A stretch of 24,710 bases of DNA. Source: Phycisphaerales bacterium (lineage in GTDB: Bacteria; Planctomycetota; Phycisphaerae; Tepidisphaerales; Tepidisphaeraceae). The notes below the pieces were generated by a model. That model had not been told where the DNA came from and searched no databases. It saw only the letters and a list, made by a program, of their open reading frames with translations. The DNA lies in NCBI GenBank assembly GCA_028288945.1, contig JAQGHH010000601.1, forward strand, positions 1 to 24,710, written 5' to 3'. Position numbers and translations under genes: made by a program. Below are positions 16,533 through 24,489 of this stretch, piece after piece; the first letter of the stretch is position 1; each line of letters opens with the position of its first letter.

Positions 16533-17465
16533 TCAACGCTTCTTTTTCCTACGGTTTTTTACTTTTTGGGGGGCGGGGCGGGCGATGCCATCGGCTTCGT
16601 TCCCGTTGTCGCCTGCGGTGCCTGCCCATTCGCCGACTTCTGGGCCACCATTCGCGTCGGCGCTGGCCCGTTGTTGCTTTCCGTCAGCGGGGGACAATTT
16701 GCCGTTTCCGTTCGCGGGGTCGATTGATTCGGTGGAGGGTTTGGCATTGGCTGCATCCTTGTTAAACAATTCGATTAGCGGCTTCTGATTTTTCTTGATC
16801 TCGTCCTCGGTGACGGTCACTTCCCCGGTCATGTTCACAAACTCAACCGATGAAACGTCCGATGCTGGAACAAGCATTTTGTAAACCTGAATGAGTCCAA
16901 CGGCCGTTCCATCATCCAGAATCCAAGCAGGATCATCGAGAATGAAATGGCCCTTGTCGCATTCATCCGGCCACTCTTCGGGCCATCCTCTAAGTCGCCT
17001 CTCGCCATCCAGGTGGAGAATCACATATCGGTCATACCGGTGAAAGGCCGTGTACCACTGGCTTGGTGAGGCCGTCCGCCTGCTGCACGACGCCCGTTGC
17101 ATCCATTTGAAAATGGCCGTCCGCTTATGGACATTTCGGCTAACGACGATGCCAACCAAGACAGCAACGATCAGGGACCACAGAAGCCCTGAATTCGATG
17201 TCCAAGGCCCGAGCGCCAAATAATGTGCGTCCCACCGGATGTGCTCCCCGATGAGGTACATGAACCATCGTATACTTACGACGATCCCCTGAATCACCAC
17301 CGTATAAATCAGCGCCTGCACCACCCGCTCGAAAGAATTGCCCTTCGGGTGGGCGGTAAGAGTATAGACCACCGCCGCAGTCAAGAATCCGGGCAGCAAA
17401 AAATAGAAGATCGGGATCGCCTCTTTGGGCAATAGTTCCGTTGCGTTTTCTGCAAGAATGAACAT
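16533..17465 (-). CDS. DUF6338-like membrane protein (310 aa): three N-terminal TM helices, a small beta-rich domain and a low-complexity tail
   Basis: FLLPGFL...FERVVQALIYT N-terminus and YVILHLDGERRLRGWPEEWP..GHF.L..P.W...V..IEF-type C-domain recalled as DUF6338. Start set at ATG 17465; the track extension to 17747 looks non-coding. Confidence 0.75.
   Translation of the reverse strand: MFILAENATELLPKEAIPIFYFLLPGFLTAAVVYTLTAHPKGNSFERVVQALIYTVVIQGIVVSIRWFMYLIGEHIRWDAHYLALGPWTSNSGLLWSLIVAVLVGIVVSRNVHKRTAIFKWMQRASCSRRTASPSQWYTAFHRYDRYVILHLDGERRLRGWPEEWPDECDKGHFILDDPAWILDDGTAVGLIQVYKMLVPASDVSSVEFVNMTGEVTVTEDEIKKNQKPLIELFNKDAANAKPSTESIDPANGNGKLSPADGKQQRASADANGGPEVGEWAGTAGDNGNEADGIARPAPQKVKNRRKKKR
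16559..16747 (-). CDS. Pro-rich peptide P1 (62 aa), ends GTKPMASPAPPPKK; overlaps the 3' end of the DUF6338-like gene in the +1 frame
   Basis: SD AAGGA 8 nt before ATG 16747 (alternative ATG 16756); same C-terminal motif followed immediately by TAA. Confidence 0.75.
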   Translation of the reverse strand: MPNPPPNQSTPRTETANCPPLTESNNGPAPTRMVAQKSANGQAPQATTGTKPMASPAPPPKK

Positions 17466-17509
17466 GCCCACACCCTTCCCGCCGCCCACTGCCTGCAATT
17501 CTACCTTGC

Positions 17510-17539
17510 AGCTTAGCACCCGAATTGTCGCAGCGTCAA
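17510..17539 (-). promoter_or_regulatory. Sigma70-type promoter of the DUF6338/peptide operon
   Basis: Minus strand TTGACG, 18 bp, TAAGCT, with TG immediately upstream of the -10 (TGnTAAGCT). Confidence 0.5.
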
Positions 17540-17792
17540 ATTGCAAAAATGAAAATATCTTGCAACGCTGTCCGGAGGATGGTCCCCGCTCCCTGTGGGG
17601 GGCATACGGCCGGCAGATCGGGCCTAGGCGGGCAACGGGGGGCCGGGCTGATACCCTCTGTGGAAGTTGGCAGAAGGGACGGGGCGGGTGCTGCGGCTTA
17701 CGGGCTTGCGGGCGAAGAGATGCGGGCGCGGGTATGGTAGATGCCACCCAGCATCCGATATCGCTGCATGGCGCTACCGCGACGGCGGGGCG

Positions 17793-18983
17793 TCAAACGG
17801 AGACCAACTCCGGGGCTTTGGCGTCCGCATTGTTTGTGGACCGCGAGTAGGGGAAGAATCGCTTTAGGTTGTTGATGGGATTTTCAAAGAATCGGAAGCT
17901 GAGCACGGCAAGGCCCACGGACATACCCGTCCCCGCAAGCATAATCACCAACACGGTGAGCAGAGGGGAGGCGGCGAACGGCCGGGCAACGCGAATCGCA
18001 CCGCGAATCAAGAACGGATGGAAGAGGTAAAGTCCGTAGGCGTGTCGGCCAAAGAACCGCAACCAGCGTCGATCGAACGCGCGCTCGAAGAGGCCGCCGC
18101 GAGGCGTGAGGATCGTAAGGAAGATCAGCGACCCGAAGAAAACGGGCGTGAGCGACATGCCGACGACTTGCACCCAGCGGTCTCCGTTTACGTCGAGGCC
18201 GCGGCGGGACGCGAAAAGCACCAGCAGGCCCAGGCCGCACGGAACGAAAAGCAGCACCGTCAGCCGGTGGCACAGTGCAATGCCCTCCGGGGTTCGTAAT
18301 AGCAACGCAATCCCCGCGCCGATGGCAAGGCCGTCCATCCGGCAGGGCGTGAGGATATAGGCGGCGTGATAGTCAAAGCCCGCAAGAAGCAGCCCGTTGC
18401 GCAGTACGAACGCAGAAGCAATGGCGACGATGCATGCGATGAGCAGTCCGCGACGGCCGAGCAGGAACACTGCCAGCGGCCACACGAGATAGAATTGCTC
18501 CTCGACCGCCAGCGACCACAAATGCCCAAGGTCGAAGTGCGGTGTTCCCCTCACGAAATCCCCGATCATCGCGCCCTGGATATTGCTCAGATAGAGCCAC
18601 ACCCACCACGCCCCGCGGCTCGGGATAGTCTCGCGGGTCAGGATCGGAACGCCGACGTAGAGGACGAGCAATACGCCGTAATACAGGGGGAAAATGCGTA
18701 GCGCCCGCCTGGCATAGAAGGTGGAAAAAAAGCCGTTCGACCCTTTTGCATCCCACAGAATTCGGGTGATCAGGAAGCCCGACAGTACGAAGAACAGATC
18801 GACTCCCATCCATCCGGCACTCGCCGCGCGATGAATGATCTGGACTCCGGTTGAGGTGCCGGAACCTTGGACGCCGAAGTGCCTGAACATCACCAGCAGG
18901 ATGGCCACGCCACGCAGCCCGTCGAGCGAAGGGATGTGACGTGAAGAATCGGCAGCCGCAAATTGCTTTCTCATCGGGGTCAT
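17793..18983 (-). CDS. Acyltransferase-3 (OafA/AT3) family membrane O-acyltransferase
   Basis: HIPSLDGLRGVAILLV, GVDLFFVLSGFLIT, FYARRALRIFPLYY, HLWSLAVEEQFYLVWP, GRHAYGLYLFH, SFRFFENP. Confidence 0.95.
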   Translation of the reverse strand: MTPMRKQFAAADSSRHIPSLDGLRGVAILLVMFRHFGVQGSGTSTGVQIIHRAASAGWMGVDLFFVLSGFLITRILWDAKGSNGFFSTFYARRALRIFPLYYGVLLVLYVGVPILTRETIPSRGAWWVWLYLSNIQGAMIGDFVRGTPHFDLGHLWSLAVEEQFYLVWPLAVFLLGRRGLLIACIVAIASAFVLRNGLLLAGFDYHAAYILTPCRMDGLAIGAGIALLLRTPEGIALCHRLTVLLFVPCGLGLLVLFASRRGLDVNGDRWVQVVGMSLTPVFFGSLIFLTILTPRGGLFERAFDRRWLRFFGRHAYGLYLFHPFLIRGAIRVARPFAASPLLTVLVIMLAGTGMSVGLAVLSFRFFENPINNLKRFFPYSRSTNNADAKAPELVSV

Positions 18984-19238
18984 GTCTTCCCTCACGAGCG
19001 GGACTTAGGCAAGCGTTTGCCTCCGGCAGAGTGCTGACACTAAACTCATTGTCTTCGACACCCTGCTGACGTGGGTGAGCGGGAAAGTTCGCCAGCGGCA
19101 TAGGGAAGTTTGTGGCTTCTGCCTTCCTGCGGCTTCGACCTCCGTACCACCCCTAGCCGATGCCTCCGGGTGCAGAGCCATACCGGCAACCGCCAATGGC
19201 ATGACCCGCGACGACCTCGCGTGCGACCATAAGCATCC

Positions 19239-19652
19239 ATGTTCTACCGCACGTCTACCCTTATCTCGCTAACGCTCTTGTGCTACCTGCTGAAGGTCGG
19301 CGTCTTTGGCGGCGGCTTTGACTATTGCAGCGGCACTAAAGAGAGGCCCAAAGGGTACAACATCCTCGTGCGGCTGGACACCACCGGGCTGTGGTTCTCG
19401 CGGTCCCGAACGCGGTATTTCTATATGACGCATAAAATTCCGTTGGGTTCGCTGATCGGCTTCGCGGCGGTCCTTCCGGCCGTGTGGCTTGTGCGACAAA
19501 CGCTGCCGGCCCGGCGTGAGGGGTTCTGTGCGAAATGCGGCTACGACCTGCGCGCCACGCCCGACCGTTGCCCGGAGTGCGGGGCGGTGCCGACGCACAT
19601 GCCTTGCCCACCTGTCCCTCGCGCGCACAATGCCCCGAGTGAAGAAGCCTAA
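19239..19652 (+). CDS. Membrane protein with C-terminal zinc ribbon (CAKCGYDLRATPDRCPECG)
   Basis: Two hydrophobic segments plus a CxxC...CPEC motif, a paralogous family typical of Phycisphaerae genomes. Confidence 0.8.
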   Translation: MFYRTSTLISLTLLCYLLKVGVFGGGFDYCSGTKERPKGYNILVRLDTTGLWFSRSRTRYFYMTHKIPLGSLIGFAAVLPAVWLVRQTLPARREGFCAKCGYDLRATPDRCPECGAVPTHMPCPPVPRAHNAPSEEA

Positions 19653-20055
19653 CCCGAGGGTTCTGAATAAGCCCAAGCGTTCTGACCGGAACCCCATCCG
19701 CCCGGAAGAGGTTCCCAAACTCGAAGCCGCGATGCGATTCGTCCGCAAGAACTTCGCCAACGGGATCGACCTACAGGACGCGGCCGACGCCGCAGGACTC
19801 TCCCGGTTCCACTTCCTCCGGCGGTTCAAGCTGCACTTCGGGAAGACGGCCAAGGCGGTCGCCGCGGAGTGTCAGATCGAGGCGGCCAAGCGGCTCCTGC
19901 TGTCCGGGGTGAGAGGCGATCAGGTGGCCAAGGCATGCGGGTATTCCCACCAGCCGCACTTTTGCTCGCGCTTCGTGAAAACCGTTGGGATGACGCCGGC
20001 GGCCTGGGCGACGGCGCAATGGGCGGCGAAGAGGAAGAGCGCCGGCGAGCAATGA
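19630..20055 (+). CDS. AraC/XylS family regulator, DNA-binding domain only (141 aa)
   Basis: LQDAADAAGLSRFHFLRRFKLHFG...AAKRLL...VAKACGYSHQPHFCSRFVKTVGMTPAAW double HTH. Start set at ATG 19630. Confidence 0.88.
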   Translation: MPRVKKPNPRVLNKPKRSDRNPIRPEEVPKLEAAMRFVRKNFANGIDLQDAADAAGLSRFHFLRRFKLHFGKTAKAVAAECQIEAAKRLLLSGVRGDQVAKACGYSHQPHFCSRFVKTVGMTPAAWATAQWAAKRKSAGEQ

Positions 20056-20133
20056 CTGAAACTTCCGTGCGGCGCGAAGGGCTTGGCAGTGGCGGCGGAT
20101 CGAAAAAGGCGATTAGGAAAGGGAAACGGTGAG

Positions 20134-20637
20134 ATGGCGAAGTTGTCCCGGCGCGAAAAGGCGCTCGTCGTTATGCTGGCGGCGGCATTGGCATTGCTCT
20201 TTTCAGTGATCATAGAGAGTCTCGAGCAACGTTCTGGAAGAACCCACGGCCTGAATACAGCCATCGTTAACGTGCCGCCCGTGAAGTTCGATGTCTCGCC
20301 CCAACTCGATTGGCAGGACGCCGGGGTCGTGGTCCACGCCAATGAGACTTATCGGATCGTGGTCAGGGGCGCTTGGCGGATCGATGGCGAAGAATGCGGC
20401 GCGGAGGGGATTCAATCGCGCCCGCCGTGCAACGAGTTCGGGTACGACGGGCAGCTTCTTATGACATGGGGTGACGACCATCGCCCCAGGCTCAGCTTGC
20501 ATTCCGACCAACTGGTGACGTTTGGGGGCCGCGAAGGCGCTGTTGGCAAGAGGCTTAAGTTCGGCCCCAACGGGAATGTGGCAGGAAAGCCGCTGAACCG
20601 CGGGATGCTCCACGTCGTCATTCTGCGGCAAAATTGA
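20134..20637 (+). CDS. Membrane-anchored protein with a LecA/PA-IL-like beta-sandwich (tentative)
   Basis: N-terminal TM helix; V.PQLDWQDAGVVV...YRIVVRGAW...CGAEG...N.G.L.V.I pattern resembles PA-IL-like domains. Confidence 0.6.
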   Translation: MAKLSRREKALVVMLAAALALLFSVIIESLEQRSGRTHGLNTAIVNVPPVKFDVSPQLDWQDAGVVVHANETYRIVVRGAWRIDGEECGAEGIQSRPPCNEFGYDGQLLMTWGDDHRPRLSLHSDQLVTFGGREGAVGKRLKFGPNGNVAGKPLNRGMLHVVILRQN

Positions 20638-20821
20638 CGCGAGTTCTTGATTCCGGAAGTTGGATTCTGCGAATTTCAGCCTCTGAAGGTTCCCGCAAGC
20701 AATTCCAAGAAAATCGCGAAGGCAGTGACGAGGGTCACGACTTTCAGAAAAATAATTACCGAGTCACGCGGTTGCAATGGTTCTCTCTCTTCCATGCTGC
20801 ACCTGTTCAACACAAGTGACT

Positions 20822-22351
20822 TCATTCAGCAGCAATATTGGCCAGAGATCGCCGCGCGGCGGCCCCACGCAGGAGCGAAGCCCGCTCGCCCTTCGTGACA
20901 CCGATCAGCGCGGCGGCCGCACAATGCAACACGCCGAAGGCCGCGGCATCCCCAATCAGGGCCGACCAGTCCGTCGGCGGATTCAGCCGCAGGATTACCA
21001 GGACGCCGACGCCGCTCAAGACGGCGGGGGCGGTTCCGCGCACAAGGGATTGCAGTGCCTCGGGCACCGTAACTCTGAACTCCTTTGCCGCAAACCAAAC
21101 CATGTAGGCCGTCGTCGGCAGGTTCGCCAGCAGCGTCGCGAGCATCACGCCCTGCACGCCCATCCGCCTTCCAAGCCAGATCGACAGGCCCAGGTTTATT
21201 ACGCCCTCCGCGACCGCAAGGGTCGATGTCACCCGCATCCTCCCCACGGCGGCTACGAAAATGAACGCGACATGGCCAATGCACATGAGCACGATGAACC
21301 CTGCAAGCGATGCCGTGAGGAGCATGCCCGCGTACTGCCCCGGCCCGAGCCACAGGCGGACGGTCGGGCCGTTAAACGCGATGAGTCCCACGGCCGCCGG
21401 CAGCACGATTAAGAGGTTGTACCGGTGCAGTCGGAGCATGATCGCGCCGAGTCTGTGTGATTCGTGCCGGGCATAGAGTTCGTTGATCGCCGGGGAACTA
21501 AAGTCGGGCAGTCGGGTAATGATGACCCAAAGCTGGCTACCGATGAGTTGAGTCGAGTAATACACGCTCACGGCGGCCGCACCAAAGAGGGACCCGACGA
21601 CAAGGTTGTCGGTGAAAAGGCAGAGCCGGACGGCGAGGTTGATGACCGCCAGGTGTCCGCCGTAAGAAACCAACTCTTTGAGCAGCTTCTTATCCGGTGC
21701 GCCCCACTCCGGCCGGAACTGAGGGAAAAGCTTATGAAAGCGGACCGCGCAAGCGCCCGTCAGCGCTACTTCAGCCAGCACGTTGGCCACGGTGATCCCG
21801 ACGAGTCCGAAACCTTTGATCAGGGCAAACAGGGTAAGGCCAAGGCGCAGCGCGTTGGCGGCTAATGCGGCAATGCTCGGGAACGAAAGGTCCTGGACGG
21901 CCAACAGTGCGCTGGGGGCCAGTGACCACGGGCTTCGCACCACGGTCCAGGCGGCGAGAATGACGAGGGCCAGCCGCGCTTGGCCGGCGATGGCCGGCGA
22001 AAGCTTAAACCATCTCTCAACAAATACGGTCATGATCGCGATGCTGGCGGCGCTGAGGAGGTTTGTGGCCAGTTGGAACATGCGGCCACTGGCCATGACG
22101 CTGCGGAAGCGGTGACCGCCGTCGTCTGAGCCGAATGCCTGCGGCAGATACCGCGACATGCCCGCGCCGATCCCCAGGTCGAGCAGCGCCGAATAGCCGA
22201 TCACCTGCATAAGGATGGCGTAGGTGCCGAGAACTTCTTGGCCCGCACAGCGGAGCACCACCGGTGCGACGGCGGCCGCCATCACGACCTGAATCAGCCA
22301 CGCCGCCCCGCCCGTGACCGTGCCGGAGATTGCCCGTGCCGTGCGGCTCAC
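20822..22351 (-). CDS. Polysaccharide/oligosaccharide flippase (Wzx/MOP superfamily)
   Basis: About 14 TM segments; LG.Y......IGYSALLDLGIGAGMSRY, KELVSYG, TDNLVVGSLFGAAAVSVY. GTG start overlaps the upstream stop. Confidence 0.9.
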   Translation of the reverse strand: MSRTARAISGTVTGGAAWLIQVVMAAAVAPVVLRCAGQEVLGTYAILMQVIGYSALLDLGIGAGMSRYLPQAFGSDDGGHRFRSVMASGRMFQLATNLLSAASIAIMTVFVERWFKLSPAIAGQARLALVILAAWTVVRSPWSLAPSALLAVQDLSFPSIAALAANALRLGLTLFALIKGFGLVGITVANVLAEVALTGACAVRFHKLFPQFRPEWGAPDKKLLKELVSYGGHLAVINLAVRLCLFTDNLVVGSLFGAAAVSVYYSTQLIGSQLWVIITRLPDFSSPAINELYARHESHRLGAIMLRLHRYNLLIVLPAAVGLIAFNGPTVRLWLGPGQYAGMLLTASLAGFIVLMCIGHVAFIFVAAVGRMRVTSTLAVAEGVINLGLSIWLGRRMGVQGVMLATLLANLPTTAYMVWFAAKEFRVTVPEALQSLVRGTAPAVLSGVGVLVILRLNPPTDWSALIGDAAAFGVLHCAAAALIGVTKGERASLLRGAAARRSLANIAAE

Positions 22352-23313
22352 CGGGCCACCTTTTCCAAGACAAGGAGCAGTTCGTCTTTGGGGGATCGAC
22401 CGGCCGCAAGAGTCCTCTCGATGGGCAGGAGGCTAAACCCCTCTCGGTTTTGCGCAAACGGTGTTGCCGCGGCCGTCATCATTTTGGACGCCAATTTGCC
22501 GACTTGGCTCGAAGGCTCGCCGCGGTGAAGGCGAATGCGGTGCAACTTGGCGTGCACCATGCTCGGGTAGTGTATCGATGCGGGGGCAACGTCTTTGCAT
22601 TCCACGACCCTCAGCCCGAATTTCGCGAAATACTCCGGCGGGATTTTCGTGGAAAGGAACTCGTAATGCTGATTTGGACAGGCCCAGCCCCATCGCTCAC
22701 CGGAATTTATGAATGACTTGGAGGAGGCGTTAGGCGTGAGGATCGAGATTCTGCCGCCCATTCGCAAGACTGCGGAGGCGTCGGCTAAGAAGGGGCCAAG
22801 CCGCTGAAGATGCTCCGTCACGTGAAATGCGAACGCGTTATCGTAAGTTTCACACCCACGGAGTTCGGCAAGGGACTCCACCAGCTTGCCCTCGCGTCCG
22901 CTGCCATGACGGCGTAGGATGAAGTCGCGGCACGATTGGCTCGGCTCGACAACGTCCAGCCGCATACCGAGTTTTGAAGGGACCAGGTCGGCAAAAAATC
23001 CGTACCCTGCCCCGATCTCCAGGGCCAGCGAGTTGCGAGCACCCGCCCGAACCACATGAGGGCGGACTTTTTCCAAGTAATCGAAGGCCAGAACTCGGGC
23101 CTTATGTAGCTCCCAAGGTTGCTCGGAGAAGTAGCTGGTACGGTAAAATTCTTCCAAGTCCGCGGCGGCAAATGGGGTCTTGATTTGGCAACTGAGGCAC
23201 TTCTCGCAACGGTACATATCGCCGCGACGTTGCCCCAAAGACAAATCGTAGAGCCTGACCCCCGAAGAGTTGCAGAACTCGCACAGCCACGCAGGCGATT
23301 CAGTCGAACTCAT
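22348..23313 (-). CDS. Class I SAM-dependent methyltransferase with N-terminal Cys cluster (paralog A)
   Basis: CEFC...RCEKCLSC, motif I LEIGAGYG, FHVTEHL, LTPNASS. Start set at MSSTES (23313) by alignment with paralog B; the track gives 23364. Confidence 0.88.
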   Translation of the reverse strand: MSSTESPAWLCEFCNSSGVRLYDLSLGQRRGDMYRCEKCLSCQIKTPFAAADLEEFYRTSYFSEQPWELHKARVLAFDYLEKVRPHVVRAGARNSLALEIGAGYGFFADLVPSKLGMRLDVVEPSQSCRDFILRRHGSGREGKLVESLAELRGCETYDNAFAFHVTEHLQRLGPFLADASAVLRMGGRISILTPNASSKSFINSGERWGWACPNQHYEFLSTKIPPEYFAKFGLRVVECKDVAPASIHYPSMVHAKLHRIRLHRGEPSSQVGKLASKMMTAAATPFAQNREGFSLLPIERTLAAGRSPKDELLLVLEKVAR

Positions 23314-23837
23314 TTTGTCACGGACCTCGGCGTCAAGGCCTGCCGTCTTTTCACGCCACCCCATGTGACCGCTCCTAACATACCCGATTTGCGAAGTGCG
23401 TCCAAACGGTGCCTCGCAAACCCTGCCTGGCCCTTTCCCAGTTTGTCCAGGCAGTGCAACCGTGCGATCGTGTGTGAATGAGTCCGTCGAAGCGTTTCCG
23501 TTGGCGGAGCCGCTGGGCGCGGTTCACTACGCCACCTTTTCCAAGACAAGGAGCAGTTCGTCTTTGGGGGATCGACCGGCGGTAAGGGTCCTCTCGATCG
23601 GCAGGAGGGTAATGCCCCAGCGGTTTTGGGCGAAGGCTGTTGCAGCGGCCGTCATCACTTTGGAGGCCAGCTTGCCCGCCCCGGTAAAGGGTTCACCTCG
23701 GTGAAGGCGAATGCCGTGCAACTTGGAGTGGGCCACACTCGGGTAGTGTATTGGTGCGGGGGCAACGTCTTTGCATTCCACGACCTTCAGCCCGAATTTC
23801 GCGAAATACTCCGGCGGGATTTTCGTGGAAAGGAACT
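22355..23837. repeat. Direct-repeat patches shared by the two methyltransferase genes (offset 1176 bp)
   Basis: 22355-22404 equals 23531-23580 (50/50); 22579-22661 vs 23755-23837 (82/83). Hand-aligned. Confidence 0.9.
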
Positions 23838-24489
23838 GAAAGTGCTGAGTCGGACACGCCCATCCCCATCGCTCCCCCAAGGCCAAAAAGGATTTGGACG
23901 AAGCGTTGGGCGTGAGCATCACCAACCGCCCTCCAGGGTGCAGCCTTGGCACGATATCAGTCAAGAACCCGCTGAGACGTTGGAAGTGCTCGACAACGTG
24001 GAACGAGTAAATGTTGGTGTACTTGGGCCGGGGTCCAAACTCTTTCAGCGACTTGGCAACGTGGCCGGGGTGGTTGTGAAGCCTCTCATCGTAGAATTGT
24101 CGGTATGCCTTGTTAGGCTCGACAACGTCCACGTAGAGGCCGTCCTTCCAGCGAAGCTTTAAAGAAAAAAATCCGTACTTGGAGCCAAATTCAAGGCAAC
24201 TTATTTCGTACGCGTCTTTGAGGCGTTTCACATAATACGGCTTCACCTTTCGGTAATAGTCTTCGGCGAGTAGCTGCGCCTTGTGAATCTCCCACGGTTC
24301 TGTCGAGAAGTGGGAGTTCTCGAAGGAATCGTAAACGTCGGCTTCCGGAAACGGCGTTTCGATTTGACAACTCGCACACTTCTCGCACCGGACCATCGAA
24401 CCGCGCTTCTCGCCCAGGTAGAGGTCGTAAAGAGGAACCCCCGGCGAATTACAAAATTCACATTTCCACTCGGGGGCTTCGGTCATCAT
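23527..24489 (-). CDS. Class I SAM-dependent methyltransferase with N-terminal Cys cluster (paralog B)
   Basis: CEFC...RCEKCASC, degenerate motif I LEFGSKYG, FHVVEHF, LTPNASS; C-terminal third nearly identical to paralog A. Confidence 0.88.
   Translation of the reverse strand: MMTEAPEWKCEFCNSPGVPLYDLYLGEKRGSMVRCEKCASCQIETPFPEADVYDSFENSHFSTEPWEIHKAQLLAEDYYRKVKPYYVKRLKDAYEISCLEFGSKYGFFSLKLRWKDGLYVDVVEPNKAYRQFYDERLHNHPGHVAKSLKEFGPRPKYTNIYSFHVVEHFQRLSGFLTDIVPRLHPGGRLVMLTPNASSKSFLALGERWGWACPTQHFQFLSTKIPPEYFAKFGLKVVECKDVAPAPIHYPSVAHSKLHGIRLHRGEPFTGAGKLASKVMTAAATAFAQNRWGITLLPIERTLTAGRSPKDELLLVLEKVA

Noticed and set aside
16029-16620. CRISPR array or DNA tandem repeat
   Set aside because: The three similar segments differ at synonymous positions and are irregularly spaced (about 280 and 250 bp); the conservation is at peptide level, and there are no cas genes.
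17600-17740. G-rich tract as a possible G-quadruplex or ncRNA
   Set aside because: G-runs are irregular and no conserved structure is evident; not supportable from sequence alone.
17466-17747. 94-aa N-terminal extension of the DUF6338-like ORF
   Set aside because: Arg/Pro-rich, non-globular, and contains a sigma70-like promoter; ATG 17465 is the more plausible start.
22355-23837. Diversity-generating retroelement TR/VR pair
   Set aside because: Mismatches between the copies are not adenine-specific, both copies are intact paralogous CDS, and no reverse transcriptase is in the window.
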